Of a stretch of DNA of 64,000 nt, positions 1-13,959 are shown one piece after another (positions within the stretch are counted from its first letter, which is position 1; each line of letters begins with the position of its first letter). The translations under genes and the position numbers were made by a program. Source of the stretch: Eledone cirrhosa (lineage: Eukaryota). The stretch lies in the NCBI GenBank assembly GCA_964016885.1, contig OZ024741.1, forward strand, positions 193,130,001-193,194,000, given 5' to 3'. The notes beneath the pieces are model-generated. The model had not been told where the DNA came from. It saw nothing but the letters and a program-made list of their open reading frames with translations, and did no database searches.

Positions 1-2492
1 CTTGCTGTTCCCAACAAGCATGCCTTTTGAAGTGTCCCAAAAAGTGGGGCTGGACTAATTTTCTCTAACCATCCTTGGAAACTCTTTGAGATAGTACCCA
101 GGGCGCCTATGACAATTGGGACGACTTTGACTTCATGGCAGTTCCAAATTCTTTTTACCTCCCACTTTAAGTCCTGGTATCGGTTAATTTTCTCCCTCTC
201 CTTCTCTTGCACTCTCGTGTCGAATGGGCAGGCCACATCCACAACCAGGCACGATCTTTTTTCCTTGTCCAAAACCACCAGGTCAGGTCTATTGTGTTTC
301 AGTTTCTTGTCCGTCTGTATCCTACAATCCCACAGCACCGTCACCTGATCGTTTTCTATCACCGACTCTGGCTTGTGCTCATACCACGTCTCAGAATGTG
401 GTAAATTGTTTACTTTGCATAGGTGCCAGTGGATCACCCTGCCTATCACATCATGGCCCCAGCCTTTATAGTGAGTCTGGGCTAGGTGTTTACACTCGGA
501 TACAATGTGAGCCACAGTCTCCTCTCTCTCTCCACAAATCCTACACAGTGGGCTAGCCTCCTCCTTGTAAATATGGTGTATCAGCCACTTCGTGCTGAGG
601 GCCTGCTCTTGCGCAGCCATGAGCATTCCTTCTGTAGCCTTTTTAAGGTCTCTTCTTTTCAACCAGTTCCATGTCTGTGGATCTCTAAATTTAGTTTTCT
701 CAAAGAAGGTAGTATGAAGGGATTTTTCATGAAGGTTGCTCTTCCTCGTTGTTACTTCCTGCTTGGACATCCCCTGGTCTATTTTCCTCTCCTTCAGTAC
801 AATTCTGAGCATTGGCTCCCTACTCTCAGTCATGTATTTGTGTAGGTTGTTTTTCTCCATCTGAACACAGTCCTCTATGCTGATAAGACCCTTTCACCTT
901 CAGATCTCCTTAAGTAGAGTCTATCGACATCACTCCTCTTGTGGAACATGTAGATAGTCAATAGCTTCCTAGTCTTCCTATCCATTTCTTTTTGTTCAGC
1001 AACATTCCATTTCAGAATTCCCGCACAGTACCTAATAGTAGACACAGCTCGGGAATTCACTGCACTTATGACATTCCTACTGTTCAGATGTGATTTTAAT
1101 ACGCTCCTTACTCTATGAATGTACTCAGATCTTATCAATTCCTTCATTTTTTTGTTCTTGATGTCATCTGCCCTCAGTACATCTAAATATTTGTATCCTT
1201 CTTCAGTGTCAATTTCCTTTATCATCTCACCTGTTGGTATCTGGGTTCCATTGTTTCTGCTCAATTTACCCCCTCTTCATCACGAGGACTCCACACTTAC
1301 TAATACCAAATTGCATACATATATCATTGCTGAAAATACGGACAGTGTCAACAAGTACATCCAACTCCTTCTCACTCTTCCCGAAGAGCTTAAGATCGTC
1401 CATGAAGATGAGGTGATTGGTGGTAAGCTCTCCTTTTCCCAACTTGTATCCTGCTCTCACTTTTCGCAGTATAATGGTCAGGGGTATCAAGGCAAAGACA
1501 AACAACAGAGGGGACAAACTATCGCCCTGGAAGATACCTCTCTTGATCTTTACGCCTCCCAAGGATTCTTCACCCGATGTTAATTCTGTTTCCCAGGACT
1601 TCATACTTTTGCTCAACAACTGTCTGATGTTATCTGCCACCTTGAAGATCTCTAGGCTTTTGGTTATCCAAGAATGAGGTACCATGTCGAATGCCTTTTT
1701 GTAGTCTATCCATCCCATGGCAAGACCAGTGTGTCTCCTCTTGCAATTCCTCATTACCATCTTATCAATAAGTAACTAGTCCTTTGTACCACGGGACTTC
1801 TTTCGGCATCCTTTCTGTTCGTCCGGTAACAAGTTGTTTATGAGGAGGTGATGGTAGATTTCCTCAGACACAATGCTTGTTAACAGTTTCCACATTACGG
1901 ACAGACATGTGATAGGTCTATAGTTGGTAACATCATTTCCCTTGATTCGGTCTTTCATTACCAGAACTGTTGTACCTTTTGTCGACCACTCTGGTACCTC
2001 ACCTGACATCAAGCGGTCATTGAACATGGTTGTCAGTTTCGGGTGGAGGGATGTTATATTTTTAATACAATACCCCTGCACACCAACTGGGTCTGGGGAT
2101 TTCTAGTTGATTAGTTTTTTGGCCTGCCCTTTAAGAGTTTCAACTGTGATACTCAAATCAGTTTGTTGGTGTGCCTGTTCACTAATCTCCTTTTGTACTG
2201 TTTCAATCCACACTGCCTGTTCAACGTTCTGCTCCCATATTCCTCTCCAGAATGTCTTAGTCTGTTCCGCCTCAGGATCAAGGCGTTGCCTCTTTCTTTC
2301 CCTTCAAGCTGTCTAAACAACATCTTCTGGTTGTTGTCAAACATGCGGTTCCGTCTATACTGGCTGACTCTGCTCTCATATCGCCTAATCTTTGCACTCT
2401 TTGCTACAATGCGTTGCTTCAGTTCCTCTATGATAATATTTAGCTTTTTCCTCCTAGTTTTGTACTTTATTTCCAGTCTATTTTTAGTGTCT
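1..2492 (-). mobile_element. R4/Dong-like non-LTR retrotransposon (family A), 5'-truncated, frameshifted; 3' end runs off the window
   Basis: Minus-strand ORF pieces carry RT motifs ([44 protein letters not shown]). The CCHC/REL region lies at 1-600. Homologous to 29400-32220 and 33600-37020. Confidence 0.9.
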
Positions 2493-3239
2493 ATTATTAT
2501 TATCAACGTTTTACCTCGTTTTCAACCGTTCCAAACCTTTTATTCAAGTGTGAAATTTGATAAAAGTTTAGAAGAAGTGACCCAGCTGATACAGGGGTTC
2601 ACTTGTAAATAATACGGCACACCTTTACGCGGTGTCGTATTTGTGTAAAAATACTTTTTTTTTTTAAATTTCAACATGGATAACACAAGAAAGAGAGAGA
2701 GAGAGCGCTATCAGGCAATGCAGAGAGAGGGAGACTTTATCAGCATGTCAACAAGACAGCGTTCCAGCGGAGGTATATATAAACGAAAATAGTACAAAGG
2801 AAACGAGGATTGTTACAGATTTAAAATTACCAAATATTTCAAACACAAACAACACCAACAATAACACCAACAACAACACCATCAATAACAGCAACAACAA
2901 AAATAACAGCGCTAAAGTCGAGAACGACAATAACAAAAATAACAGCGGTAAGGTCGAGAACGACAATAACAATGACAATAACAACAGCCACAACAACAAT
3001 AATAACAACATCCACAATAACAGTAACAACAGCAACAGTATCAACGAAAACAACAACAACAACAACTGTACCAACGAAAATATCAACAATGACATCGATA
3101 CCTGTAATAGCTACCTCAGCACCACCAGTAAGACCAGTAGCGGCAGCAATAGTGGTGCTGCAGAAAAGGACCACTTCTTTTGCAGGTGCCGCCCGAAATA
3201 TCGAGACAGTGTTAGTCACGGAGGCGGACAGCAAGGGCC

Positions 3240-4640
3240 ATGGTGACAAGAAGCGACAATAGAGTCTCCCTGAAACCTCCACCCGATTTTTTCAAGAACC
3301 AGCAGGTACGGACGGTAACTTACCGCACCGTAAGCAAAATCTCACATCGAGTGGAGAGAGCAACGGAGGCTCAAATCGAAAAGGCCTTGGGGTGCGTCTG
3401 GGCACGCAAACTCCACATCACCCGAGGCATAAAGTACGCCACAGTAGACATACTAAAGAGTGAGGAGATAGTCTTGGTGCCCTTCTACTGCGGGCAGAAA
3501 ATTGTGAGAGTCAAAGTGACCCAGGTCCCACCCGACGTGCTCATGCCATGGCTGGCCGCGTCTGTCCTTGCTGGAATCGAGGACAGGACGACCATGCTGC
3601 AGGTAGAGAAAATAGGGAGAGAGAACTGGTCAGGTATAGGCATGCAAATGCTTATACCAACTGACCAGGAATGTATCGACACTATCCCCGATATCATAGA
3701 CATCGAGGAAGGACTCCAACTCCCTATAAGCGTAGAAGGAAGACGGCCAAAATGTTATCTCTGTGGGTCGAAGGGTCACCTCAGGGCCTTTTGCCCGCAG
3801 AAGACAGCGAAGAATAAGGCCCCTCTCCTTCCAATACCTGGTCCGCTGCTACCAAGAGCAGGGCAGGGAACAAACGCAGAATCCCCTTCCACGGTGAGTA
3901 AGAGGGCAACGTCCGTGGCACCCGTAACAAGGCCACGGACAACTAAGACAGCAGCATCAGGGGCGGCAACACCAATAGCTACATTAGAAGTAGCTACACC
4001 AGCAACAAAATTGCCGAAGAGGGCTCCACTACCACCACTAACAGCCGTGGAGCACACACCCCTCCCAGACGCCACGGAATCCGACATGGTGTTTGAGGCG
4101 GGAGTGAAGTGGCAAACGGTCTGCACAAAAATGAAAAAAACCCTTAGATTCACCCTCCAAAAGCGAAGGCACACAAAGAGGGGTAAAGGCAGCAAGGAAA
4201 CTTGCAGCAACACCACCACCATCACTATCACCACCACAAGCACCATCGCCAACAACAACCACACCACCACCAGCATCACCAAAAACACCAACAACGCAAA
4301 CAAAACACACACAGCAAACAGCAACAAGAAGAAAACAGCAACAAAATCACCCTCCCCCCAAAAATTACACAGCCATAAACATGGCAAAAAAAGAAATCAG
4401 ACAAAATATAAAGCAGCACACAGACATCACAGAAAAAAAACTACTACACCCCACCAACACCATAAGCATCATTGAAATCTCAATAGAACAGCACAAACCT
4501 TTAAAACAAAAATTCCCCAACGCGGTTGGAGACTTCAGATGGTCGGTTAGAGGATATACACTGACATCCTTTTGGAAATACCCATGACCAGCTAAAGGGA
4601 CGGTTCTACTGTCCCTTCACCACACGATCAAGGTAAGTGA
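3240..4640 (+). pseudogene. Tx1 ORF1 (gag-like, CCHC zinc knuckle), frameshifted
   Basis: VEGRRPKCYLCGSKGHLRAFCP in ORF 3240-4475; homologous to 61105-62379. Confidence 0.85.
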
Positions 4641-4672
4641 CCCTTTCTCACTTGCCCCGTTTCTCATCCAAC

Positions 4673-7600
4673 ACGGCCGTATTCAGAATAGGCAGTATAA
4701 ATGCACGTGACCTGGGGTCATCTTGGAAGCAGGGTCACCTGCTCAACGACCTCAGGTCACTAAACATACATGTGGTGGCCATCAGTGAGACCAGAATCTC
4801 CGAAGCACAAGCCTTCGCACCGATCTTCGGCGGCTACGATGTATACGCATCTCCCAGCCGTCCAGGATCGGGGGTAGGGGTTGCCGTCCTTTTTCGGAGA
4901 GGCTTGGATCTCGCCATACGGGCCATCTTCCTAGAGCCAGAAGGTAAGTCGGTGGTGCTGGACGTGACCGGCAGCGAAGGCAATGCTTTCAGACTAGTAG
5001 CCGTCTACATCCCAACAGAGGCAGGACGGCCAGATTTCTTCAGACGTTTAGAGACCTTTCTTGGAACGTCCCGCTCTTTAGTGTTAGTGGGCGACTGGAA
5101 CGGTATCTTGGATGCACGCTGGGATTGTGTGGGGCTAGTGCATAGGGGAGGAGGGTGAAGAGCCTCACCTACCTGCGAGCAAAGCCTACAGAGACCGGAT
5201 TAGCGTATTAGTTAAGCGGGCGTTGACGGTAGCGGTCGTCAACAACAGGAGGTGGTTCGCCCTGAAAAGGGCAATTAAAGTAGAGTCGATTAGGTTTAGC
5301 AAAGGACTAGTGATAGAGGAAAATAGAGTAGAGGGAGAGCTAGTCAGAAAGCTAGAAGAGGCGTTTAGGACAACATCTCAACCGACGTGCTTGCGGCGAG
5401 ATTGGCATTCTACCAATTCTTCAACGCAAAACACGAAGGCTGCGTTGTCAGAGCTAGAGCGCGTGCTCTAAAACACGAGGATACAAAAGCCGTCCAATGG
5501 GTCCGGGTGGCAGAGGCGCGACGTGGCAACAAAGCCACAATTCGGTCTTTGTCTGACCAAAACGGGTGCGTGATGCTCGAACCCGAGTAGATGTGTGAAG
5601 CTTTTCAGCAGCACTTTGCTGAACTGTTCGGGAGCAGCGGCGGCCCGGATCGGGGCATGGACATCAGTGCATACCTCGACGGACTGCCTCGGCTCTCGAC
5701 GATCGCAGCACAGTGTTGCGAAAAGCCAATAACAGCCAGTGAAATACGGAAAGCGATGGCTAACTGCACGAGGGGTAAATCGCCAGGTTTGAATGGTCTA
5801 CCCTACGAGCTTTATGCATTTATGCCAGACTTGTTCGATGACTTCTTGGCAGACGTCTACTGCAACTGGCAGCAGAACGGGAGTATTCCCAGTTTCGTGA
5901 GCCGGGGAGCGGTGGCGCTGCAGAGAAAAGACCCGAACAAGGGGGTTGTTATCGATAATTTCAGGCCTATAACCCTGCTAAACACAGAGTTCAAGATTTT
6001 AGCCAAAGGGTTAGCAACGAGGTTGGCGCTTGTCGTCAAGGGTCTGATGAAAGAGGCGCAGACATGCGCCATTCCGGACAGATCCATACACGACAACCTC
6101 CACCTCATGCGATACATCATAGAGATGGTGGTTAAGGAACCTGGCATGGGTGGGGCCCTGATCAACTTGGATCAATCCAAAGCATTCGATAGGGTCGACC
6201 ATTGATACCTGGCGGCGCTCCTCGAGGCAGCCGGTTTCGGGAATATTTTCAGGGGTTGGATCGCTGCGATGTTCAGCGACATTTGCTCAGTTGTGAGGGT
6301 GAATGGTCACCTGTTGCAGCCGTTCAGCATTATGCGCTCAGTCCGCCAGGGTTATCCTCTCTCGTCCCTCTTGTACGTATTAGCTCTCGAGCCGTTACTG
6401 CACAAACTGGGGGCAATGAGGGTCGTCCCAGGCGAACAAGGATGCGGGAGATCCGAGTCGGCTTATGCCAACGACGTCACCGTGGTGGTGTCGAGCACCA
6501 TACACGTCCAGATGCTCGGCACCGCTCTCAAGGAATACGAAGCGGTGACAGGAGCAAAGATAAACCAGGAAAGGTCGGTGGACTTGCAGCTCAGCACCTG
6601 GAGAGGCAGGTCCATGCCGTCCAACAGCGTCGTGGGGCGTTGGACGGACGGACCTGTTAAATTGCTTGGGGTCTGGTTCGGACCGGACCTCCAGATGGAG
6701 AAAAACTGGAACGAGGTGAGGAGCAAGGTGGCATCACTCATCCAGAAATGGGCCGAGAGGAAGCTGTCCCTGAAAGGCCGGGCGGAGGTGGCGAATGCGT
6801 ACATCGCATCCATCTTCTGCTACCACACACCGTCGTCCCTTGCCCCGGCCCAACTCTCACCAAAATGGAGCGCCTCCTCTTTCGCTTTTTGTGGAAGGCA
6901 CGCGCTCCCATGGTCAGACGATCCATCTACTGTCAACACCCGTTGCGTGGAGGACTGGGCATGCCATGGCAGATGATGGGCAAACATGCGCCGAGGCTGC
7001 GACATCTCTGGTGCTTCCTTGACGGTGAACAGGTGTGGTCGCCGTTCACCAGGCACGTTTACCCACAGCTCGTCTTCTTGGCGGAGCTGCAGTCCTGGGT
7101 CAGGAAACGATCGAGGGATAGCGCTTGGAAACTGGAATGTCTCCAGGCGCTCACTACTCTCTGCCATCTGTGCACCAGTATCGGTGAAACATCCACCTCG
7201 GCGTTCTATAGAGGGCTAATGAAGGGGAAGAGCGACGAAGTTCTCGGAGAGATCCTGGGCGTCGAAGAAGATAAGCTGTTTGCTCTCTTCCGGAGAACTT
7301 TCAGCCCAGGGCCTATGGATAACTTCCAAAAATCCCTGGCCTGGCAGTGCTACCGTGGAGCGCTGTCAGTTCGAGATAAGCACTACAGGCACGGAAGTGC
7401 CGTCAGCCGAGCCTATCCGAGATGCGCGCAGAGCGACGAAACCGTCGTTCACGCACTCGTTCAGTGCCCGAGCATTGCTGACTTGTGGAGCTGTCGAACA
7501 GTTGCTGTCGCGTGTAGGACTGATCCGGTTATCGACTGAGTCCATTGTGCAGATGCTCTCACCGTCTTCCTTCGAGGAGGAAGGGCAGGCGGTTTTCATC

Positions 7601-7828
7601 TGCCTGGTGGCCATGGCGAAAGAGATTGTGTGGTGGACAAGTTTGAAAGGGTTAAAGACAGACACTTTCCTCTTCGGCGAATCTCTAATTAACTTTTTCA
7701 AGTTTCACTTGAAGAGGAAAATCAGGGTGGAGAGGCAAGTGCTGCTTTCTAGCAAGTTTGTTGAAAGGTGGTTGAATGTAGCGAGAATGGTCCGAGTGAA
7801 CGGGACCGCTCTGAATATACGTCTGTAG
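4673..7828 (+). pseudogene. Tx1 ORF2 (APE endonuclease, RT, C-terminal CCHC) with stops, frameshifts and a deletion near 5175
   Basis: GSINARDL, ISET, VGDWN (APE); KSPGLNGLP, FRPITLLN, LDQSKAFDRVDH, VRQGYPLS, AYANDV (RT); RCAQSDETVVHALVQC. Start codon reads ACG where other copies have ATG. Confidence 0.9.
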
Positions 7829-8149
7829 TTTGAGAAATGGAAAAATTGAGAGAGGGCGCTTGCCCTGGTGGTCAGGGTGGCCGTGGTCTTTTGTGTGGTT
7901 TTCGCCATGAGTAACCGTCGGAGGTGTCCCCCCTATTGGTGAATTTTTCATTGTTTCAATTTTTATTTTTATTGTTTATATATATATATATATGTTTCTA
8001 TGTCTTTTATTTCTTTTCTTATATAAATAATAAAAATCTTTACACGCACAAAAGCCACATTGTACCGTCCTGTACCGTCCTGTGCTGTCTGTAATGTTTT
8101 TCTTGATGTCAGCCCTTGTGGCCAATAAAGAAATCATTATTATTATTAT

Positions 8150-11100
8150 TATATTTATATTTATCTTGCTTTATGTTCATGTTTCAAGTATGGGAGGTGA
8201 TTGATGCTCCCACCAATTCTTTTGATGGGGCAGGTCAAAATGCTTACACATTATCCAATGTATGTATTGTGCAGCTCTGTCATGCTTGTTTAGGTATTCG
8301 GTTGGAGCTATAGGACTGCACAATGAAATTATATGATCAATGGTCTCTGGTTGTTTTTTTCATACAAGGCATAATGGGTTGCATCCATTTTTTATTATGT
8401 TGGCTTGGTAACTTTTTGTTGGCAGATACTTATCTTGTGCTGATATAATCAGTCCTTCAGTCTCTGATTTTAGTCCAGAGGATGCCAACCACTGGTGGGT
8501 TAAAGTTTTTTCAACATCAGGATTGTTAGCTCTTTCTGGGTATTTTCCATACAGAGTCTTTTCTTACCATTTCTTAACCTGTTTCTGTAGCAGTTCTTTC
8601 TTTGCAGTTACTTTCACCGGCTTTGCTTTTTCTGTGTTTTTCATTTCAGCAGTAAAGGGAACTTCTGAAATTTGTAGTTCATTACTGTATCTTTGTGTAT
8701 CTTTAGTAATAGAGTATGATCTTTTGTTGCTTTCATGTTTGAAAACGAGTTTGATCATCCAATCATATGCCTTCCTTAGATATGTAATTAATCCAATTGT
8801 TGCAGTTTTCAAAGCAATATCTAACTGGATTAATCCACGTCCTCCTTCTTTCCTAGGGAGATATATTCTATCTCTATCTGCCTTAGGGTGATGATTCTGT
8901 GCATGGTTAAGAATGTTCTAATTTTTGTATCGAGCTTACGGATCTCTGCGCTTGACCAGTTGATGACATTGAAACTGTAATGGCAACTGGTATGGCAAGT
9001 GTGTTTTGTGTCTATTATGACAATCTTCCAGTATCATTTTGTTAACCAAAAGCTGATCTTTACAGCCATATGAGCCTCGTTTACACCCTTTCTGCTAATT
9101 GGGAAATAGATCATTTGTTATCAGGTGATCATATGTATATTCAGTTAAGATTGATGTTAAGATTTTATACATTGTGGTCAAGCAAGTTATCGGTCTGTAA
9201 TTTTTTGGATTATTTGTTTCATCCTTCTTCGGAAGTAAGAATATAATGTCGTTAACTAGCCATGATGGTATCTTTTCTGGCTCAATAACCATTTCATTGT
9301 AAAGTTCGGCTAAGATCTCATGAGACTCTGTGATGGCATTCATCCAAAAATTTGGTGTTTTGTCTTTCCCTGGGGATTTCCATTTGCTGGATTTTCTAAG
9401 ACCTAAACGTTGGCTTGGTAATTTTTTGTTGGCAGACACTGATCTTATGCTGATATAATCCGTCCTTCAGTCTCCGATTTCAGTCCAGAGGATGCCAACC
9501 ACTGATGAGTTAAAGTTTTGTCAACATCAGGATTGTTAGCTCTTTCTTGCCATTTCTCAGCCAGTTTCTGTAGCAGTTCTTTCTTTGCAGTTACTTTTAC
9601 CTGCTTTGCTTTTTCTGTTTTCCATTTCAGCTGTAAATGGAACTTCTGAAATTTATAGTCCATTATTGTATCTTTGTGCATCTTTTGTAATGGCATATGA
9701 TCTTTTGATGCTTTCGTGTTTCAAAACTAGTTTGATCATCCAATCATGTGATTCCCTTAGATATGTAGATAATCCAATTGTTGCAGTTTTCAACGCAATA
9801 TCTAACTGGATTAACCCACGTCCTCCTTCTTTCCTAGGGAGATATATTCTATTCTGTATCTGCCTTAGAGTGATGCATTCTGTGCATGGTTAAGAATTTT
9901 CTAAATTTGTATCGAGCCTACGGATCTCTGTGCTTGACCAGTTGATGACATTGTAACTGTAGGTTACTACTGGTATGGCAAGCGTGTTTATGGCATCGAT
10001 CCTATTCCTTGCATTCAATTCCGTTCTTAAGATTGCCCTTACACTGCGGTAACCTTCCTTCCTTATCCTTTCCCACATTGTCGAGTGCTTGATTCCGTCT
10101 CCTTCACAAACACCTAGATATTTGTAAGTTTCCTCTTGATCAAGTTCTCTTATCACATTCCCCCGATCAAGATTAATGTCTGAACTTTTCAGCAGCTTTC
10201 CTCTGGTGAACGTTGCTTTGGCGCATTTATCTAGTCCAAACTCCATTTTAATGTCATCACCGAACTGCTTCACAGTGGATAATAGCCCTTGCAATTGTTC
10301 ATCATTTTTTGCAAATTGTATTAGGTCATCCATGTAGAACAAGTGATTAATGGTTTTGTCATAGACTTTATATCCATGTTTTGTTTCATTGAGCATTTTA
10401 CTTAATGGTATAAGTGCGATGTAGAATAAAAGCGGTGATAAAGAGTCACCCTGAAAATTCCACAATTAATATTAACTTCTCCAACTTCCAGTGATTTTTT
10501 TTTACTATTCAAAAGGAGTGTCGTTTTCCATGTGTTCATACTGAATGACAGGAAACTCCTGACAACGGGAGATAATTTGAAAATCTCTAAACATTTTTCA
10601 ATCCAACTGTGTGGCAAACTATCGAATGCTTTTTTATAATCTATCTATGCAATTGATAGATTTTTGTGTCTATTATGACAATCTTCCAGTATCATTTTAA
10701 CCAAAAGTTGATCCTTACAGCCATATGATCCTCGTTCACACCCTTTCTGCTCAATGGGAAATAGGTCATTTGTTATCAGGTGGTCATATGTGTATTCAGT
10801 TAGGACTGATGTTAAAATTTTATACATTGTGGTCAAGCAAGTTATCTGTCTGTAATTTTTGGGATTGTTTGTCTCATCCTTCTACGGAAGCAGGAATGTA
10901 ATGCCGTTAACTAGCCATGATGGTATCTTTTCTGGTTCCTTAACTATTTCATTGTAAAGTTGGGCTAACAGCTCATGAGACTCTGTGAAGGCAATTACCC
11001 CAAAATTTGGTATTTTGTCTTTTCCTGGGGATTTCCATTTGCTGGTTTTTCTAAGAGCAACTGTTCAACGCAACTGTTCAACTGTTATATTCTCCCATAT

Positions 11101-11545
11101 GTGTTCCTCAAGGTGAGCTGTATCTTTCATTTGTCTGTCTATCCATGGGGAATGTATATTATGAACTTTTTCTTCGGCCCAGATCTTTTCCCAGAATTCT
11201 TGCACTTCCTCCTTGGGTGGTATTGATTTAGCAGTTATTGTTGACTTGCCAATTTTTCTGTAGAAGTTTCTTTGGTTGTTTTTGAACATATTATTGTCCT
11301 TATAGAATCTAGATCGTTTTTCAAAGCGCCTTATACGAGCAGCTTTGGCCGACACTTTTTGCTTGATTATTTCTATCAGCATGTCTGTCTCTTGTACTGT
11401 ATTTCCTTTTCAATTTTCTAAGTTTAGTTTGTCATGAGACTCTGTGAAGGCATTTATCCAAATATTTGGTATTTTGTCTTTCCCTGGGGATTTCCATTTG
11501 CTGGATTTTCTAAGAGCTAAACGCAGATGTTCAACTGTTATATTG
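8150..11545 (-). mobile_element. R4/Dong-like family B, tandem deleted fragments
   Basis: [39 protein letters not shown]. 8399-9005 repeats 9409-9988; 9005-9408 repeats about 10663-11060. Confidence 0.85.
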
Positions 11546-12690
11546 TGTTCTAATTTCTTGTCCGTCTGTATCCTGAAATCCCATACTACCTTCACTTGAT
11601 CGTTTTCTATCACCGACTCTGGCTTATACTCATACCACGCCTCAGAATGTGGTAAATTATTTAGTTTGCATAGATGCCAGTGAATCACCTTTCCTACCAT
11701 ATCATGTCGCCAGCCTTTATAGGGAGTCTATGCTAAATGTTTACAATCGGACACGAGGTGAGCCACAATTTCCTCTCTCTCTCTCCTCAGATCCTACACA
11801 GTGAGCTAGCCTCCTCCTTGTCAATATGGTGTTTCACCCACTTCGTTCTGAAGGCTTGTCCTTGTGCACCCAATAGCATTCTTTTTTTAAGGTCTCCTCT
11901 TTTTAACCAGCTCCATATTTCTGGATCTCTCAATACCGTGTTCTTTAAAAATGTGCTCTGAAGGGTTTTTTCTTAAAGGTTGCTCTTCCTCTTTGTTGTT
12001 ACTGCCTTCTTGGACATCTCCTGGTCTATTGTCTTCTCCTTCAGAACAACTTTGAGCATCGGCTCCCTACTCACAGATACATATTCCATTTGAGAATTCC
12101 CGCACTGTACCTAATATTAGACACAGCTCGGGAATTTACTATTTAGATATGATTTTTTACTATGCAGATGTGATTTTAGTATGTTTTTACTCTCCTCATG
12201 TATTCAGATCTTACCTGGATTCCGTTGCTTCTGTTCAATTTAATCGGCTTCATGATTAGGACTCCACACTTATTAACACCAAATTCCATACATATATCAT
12301 TGTTGAAAATACGGACAGTGTTAACAAGTACGTCTAACTCCTCGCTTTTGTTAAAGAGTTTTAGATCATCCATGAAGAGGAGGTGTTTGATGGTAAACTC
12401 TCCTCTTCCCAACTTGTATCCTGCTTTCACTTTTCTCAATATAAAGGGCAAGGGTATGAGGGTAAGGACAAACAACAAAGGGGACAAACTATCTCCTTGG
12501 AAGATAGCTCTCTTGATCTTCACTCCTCCCCAGGACTTCATACTTTTACTTAATAGCTGTCTGATGTTGTCTGCCACCTTGAAGAACTCGTGGCGTTTGG
12601 TTATCCAAGAACGAGGAACCATGTCGAATGGCTTCTTGTAGTCTATCCATCCCATGGCAAGACCAGTATGCCTCCTCTTGCAGTTTCTTA
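11546..12690 (-). mobile_element. R4/Dong-like family A-related fragments with internal deletions
   Basis: [48 protein letters not shown]. Confidence 0.85.
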
Positions 12691-13870
12691 TCTATAAGGC
12701 TACATGTTTGATCCGTTTTGTTTTTTATGATGATATCTGGCCTGTTGGCAGTGATTTCTCGGTCAGTTATCACAGGCATATCCCTGAAGATGAAAATGTT
12801 GCCCTTTTCCATGACTGTTTTTGCTTGATGTTCATACCATTTGTTAGAAGTTTGGATGTGGCAGAGCATCCAGTGCACATATTTGGCAATGCGGTTGTGT
12901 CTTTCGATATAGTCAGTTTTGCAAGCTCTGCACACCCGGAGATAACAGGATCTACCCTTTATTCATGCTTGTAGCATATTCTGCAGAGAGGGTTAGTCCC
13001 ATCTTTTACTATTCTGTATCTATAGGCCCGAGTGTTTAGAGATTGGTCTTGTGCAGCAACTAAGAGTCCCTCAGTCTCTCCTTTCAAACCAGCACTTCTG
13101 AGCCAGGATAGTGAGCCATGCTGATCGATATCATTGCCAGAAAGTCTTTCTAGGAATCTACCATGTCGTGGTTTAGTTCCTCTGTTTCGAGTTTCTTTGC
13201 TTTGATCTTCACAGTCATAGCTAGTTGTGCAACACTCTGTTGTTGATTTTCTATGGCTTTTGTATTTCTTGCAGGTTTCAGTTAAAGCTATATGTTACAA
13301 CTGCTACTTCTAGACTGTTAATGGCTTTGAGCTTGTTGCATGAATTCAGCTCACTTTTTGTTACCAGTCTCACTCTCCTTATGAACTCCTTCTGTATCTT
13401 TTCCTTCATACTCTCATGCCAGAGTCCATCTCCTTCGTTAACTCCAAGATATTTGTAGAACGCTTCATTATTAAGTTCCTTTGTGGTAGTTTGTTGATCT
13501 ATGACAATATCTTTATGGTTAGAGAGCAAGCCTCTCTTGAATCTAGCTTTTGCACACTTGTCTAGTCCAAATTCCATATGGATGTCATCACTGGATTGTT
13601 TCACTGTGTGCAGTAAACATCCCAGCTGCTCATCATTGTTTCCAAATAGCTTGAAATCATCCATATAAAGAAGGTGACTGTAGTGTCTATTTTATATCTA
13701 TAGCCCGTCCTCGGCAATAACTAACTTAATGGTACAAGTGACATACAGAACAGCAAAGAGGACAATGAGTCGCCTTGGAATATTCCACGATTAATCTTGA
13801 TCTGTCTAGATTCCAGTGGTCCGTTGTGGTGTTGAAGGACTATCGTAGTTTTCCATTCTGTCATCATTGC
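12691..13870 (-). mobile_element. R4/Dong-like family C fragment
   Basis: [42 protein letters not shown] (REL PD motif). Confidence 0.85.
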
Positions 13871-13959
13871 CTTCACTGTTGTTTTTGTTGTTGTTGTTAT
13901 TTTATTTTTGTGTTTCAGGATTGATCTTATTGCTGGCAAGATTTGTGTGGGTAGCAAAT

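Larger units (their letters stand above)
2504..8137 (+). mobile_element. Tx1/L1-clade non-LTR retrotransposon, near full length, decayed
   Basis: Starts after (ATT)n at 2493-2503. Low-complexity ORF1 with zinc knuckle, ORF2 APE-RT-CCHC, 3' UTR ending AATAAAG-AAATC-(ATT)n at 8125-8150. Confidence 0.92.

Noticed and set aside
2748-3282. Long hydrophobic Leu/Val ORFs resembling membrane proteins (also 25846-26394 and 61548-62072)
   Set aside because: They are antisense readings of (AAC/ACC)-rich Tx1 ORF1 low-complexity DNA.
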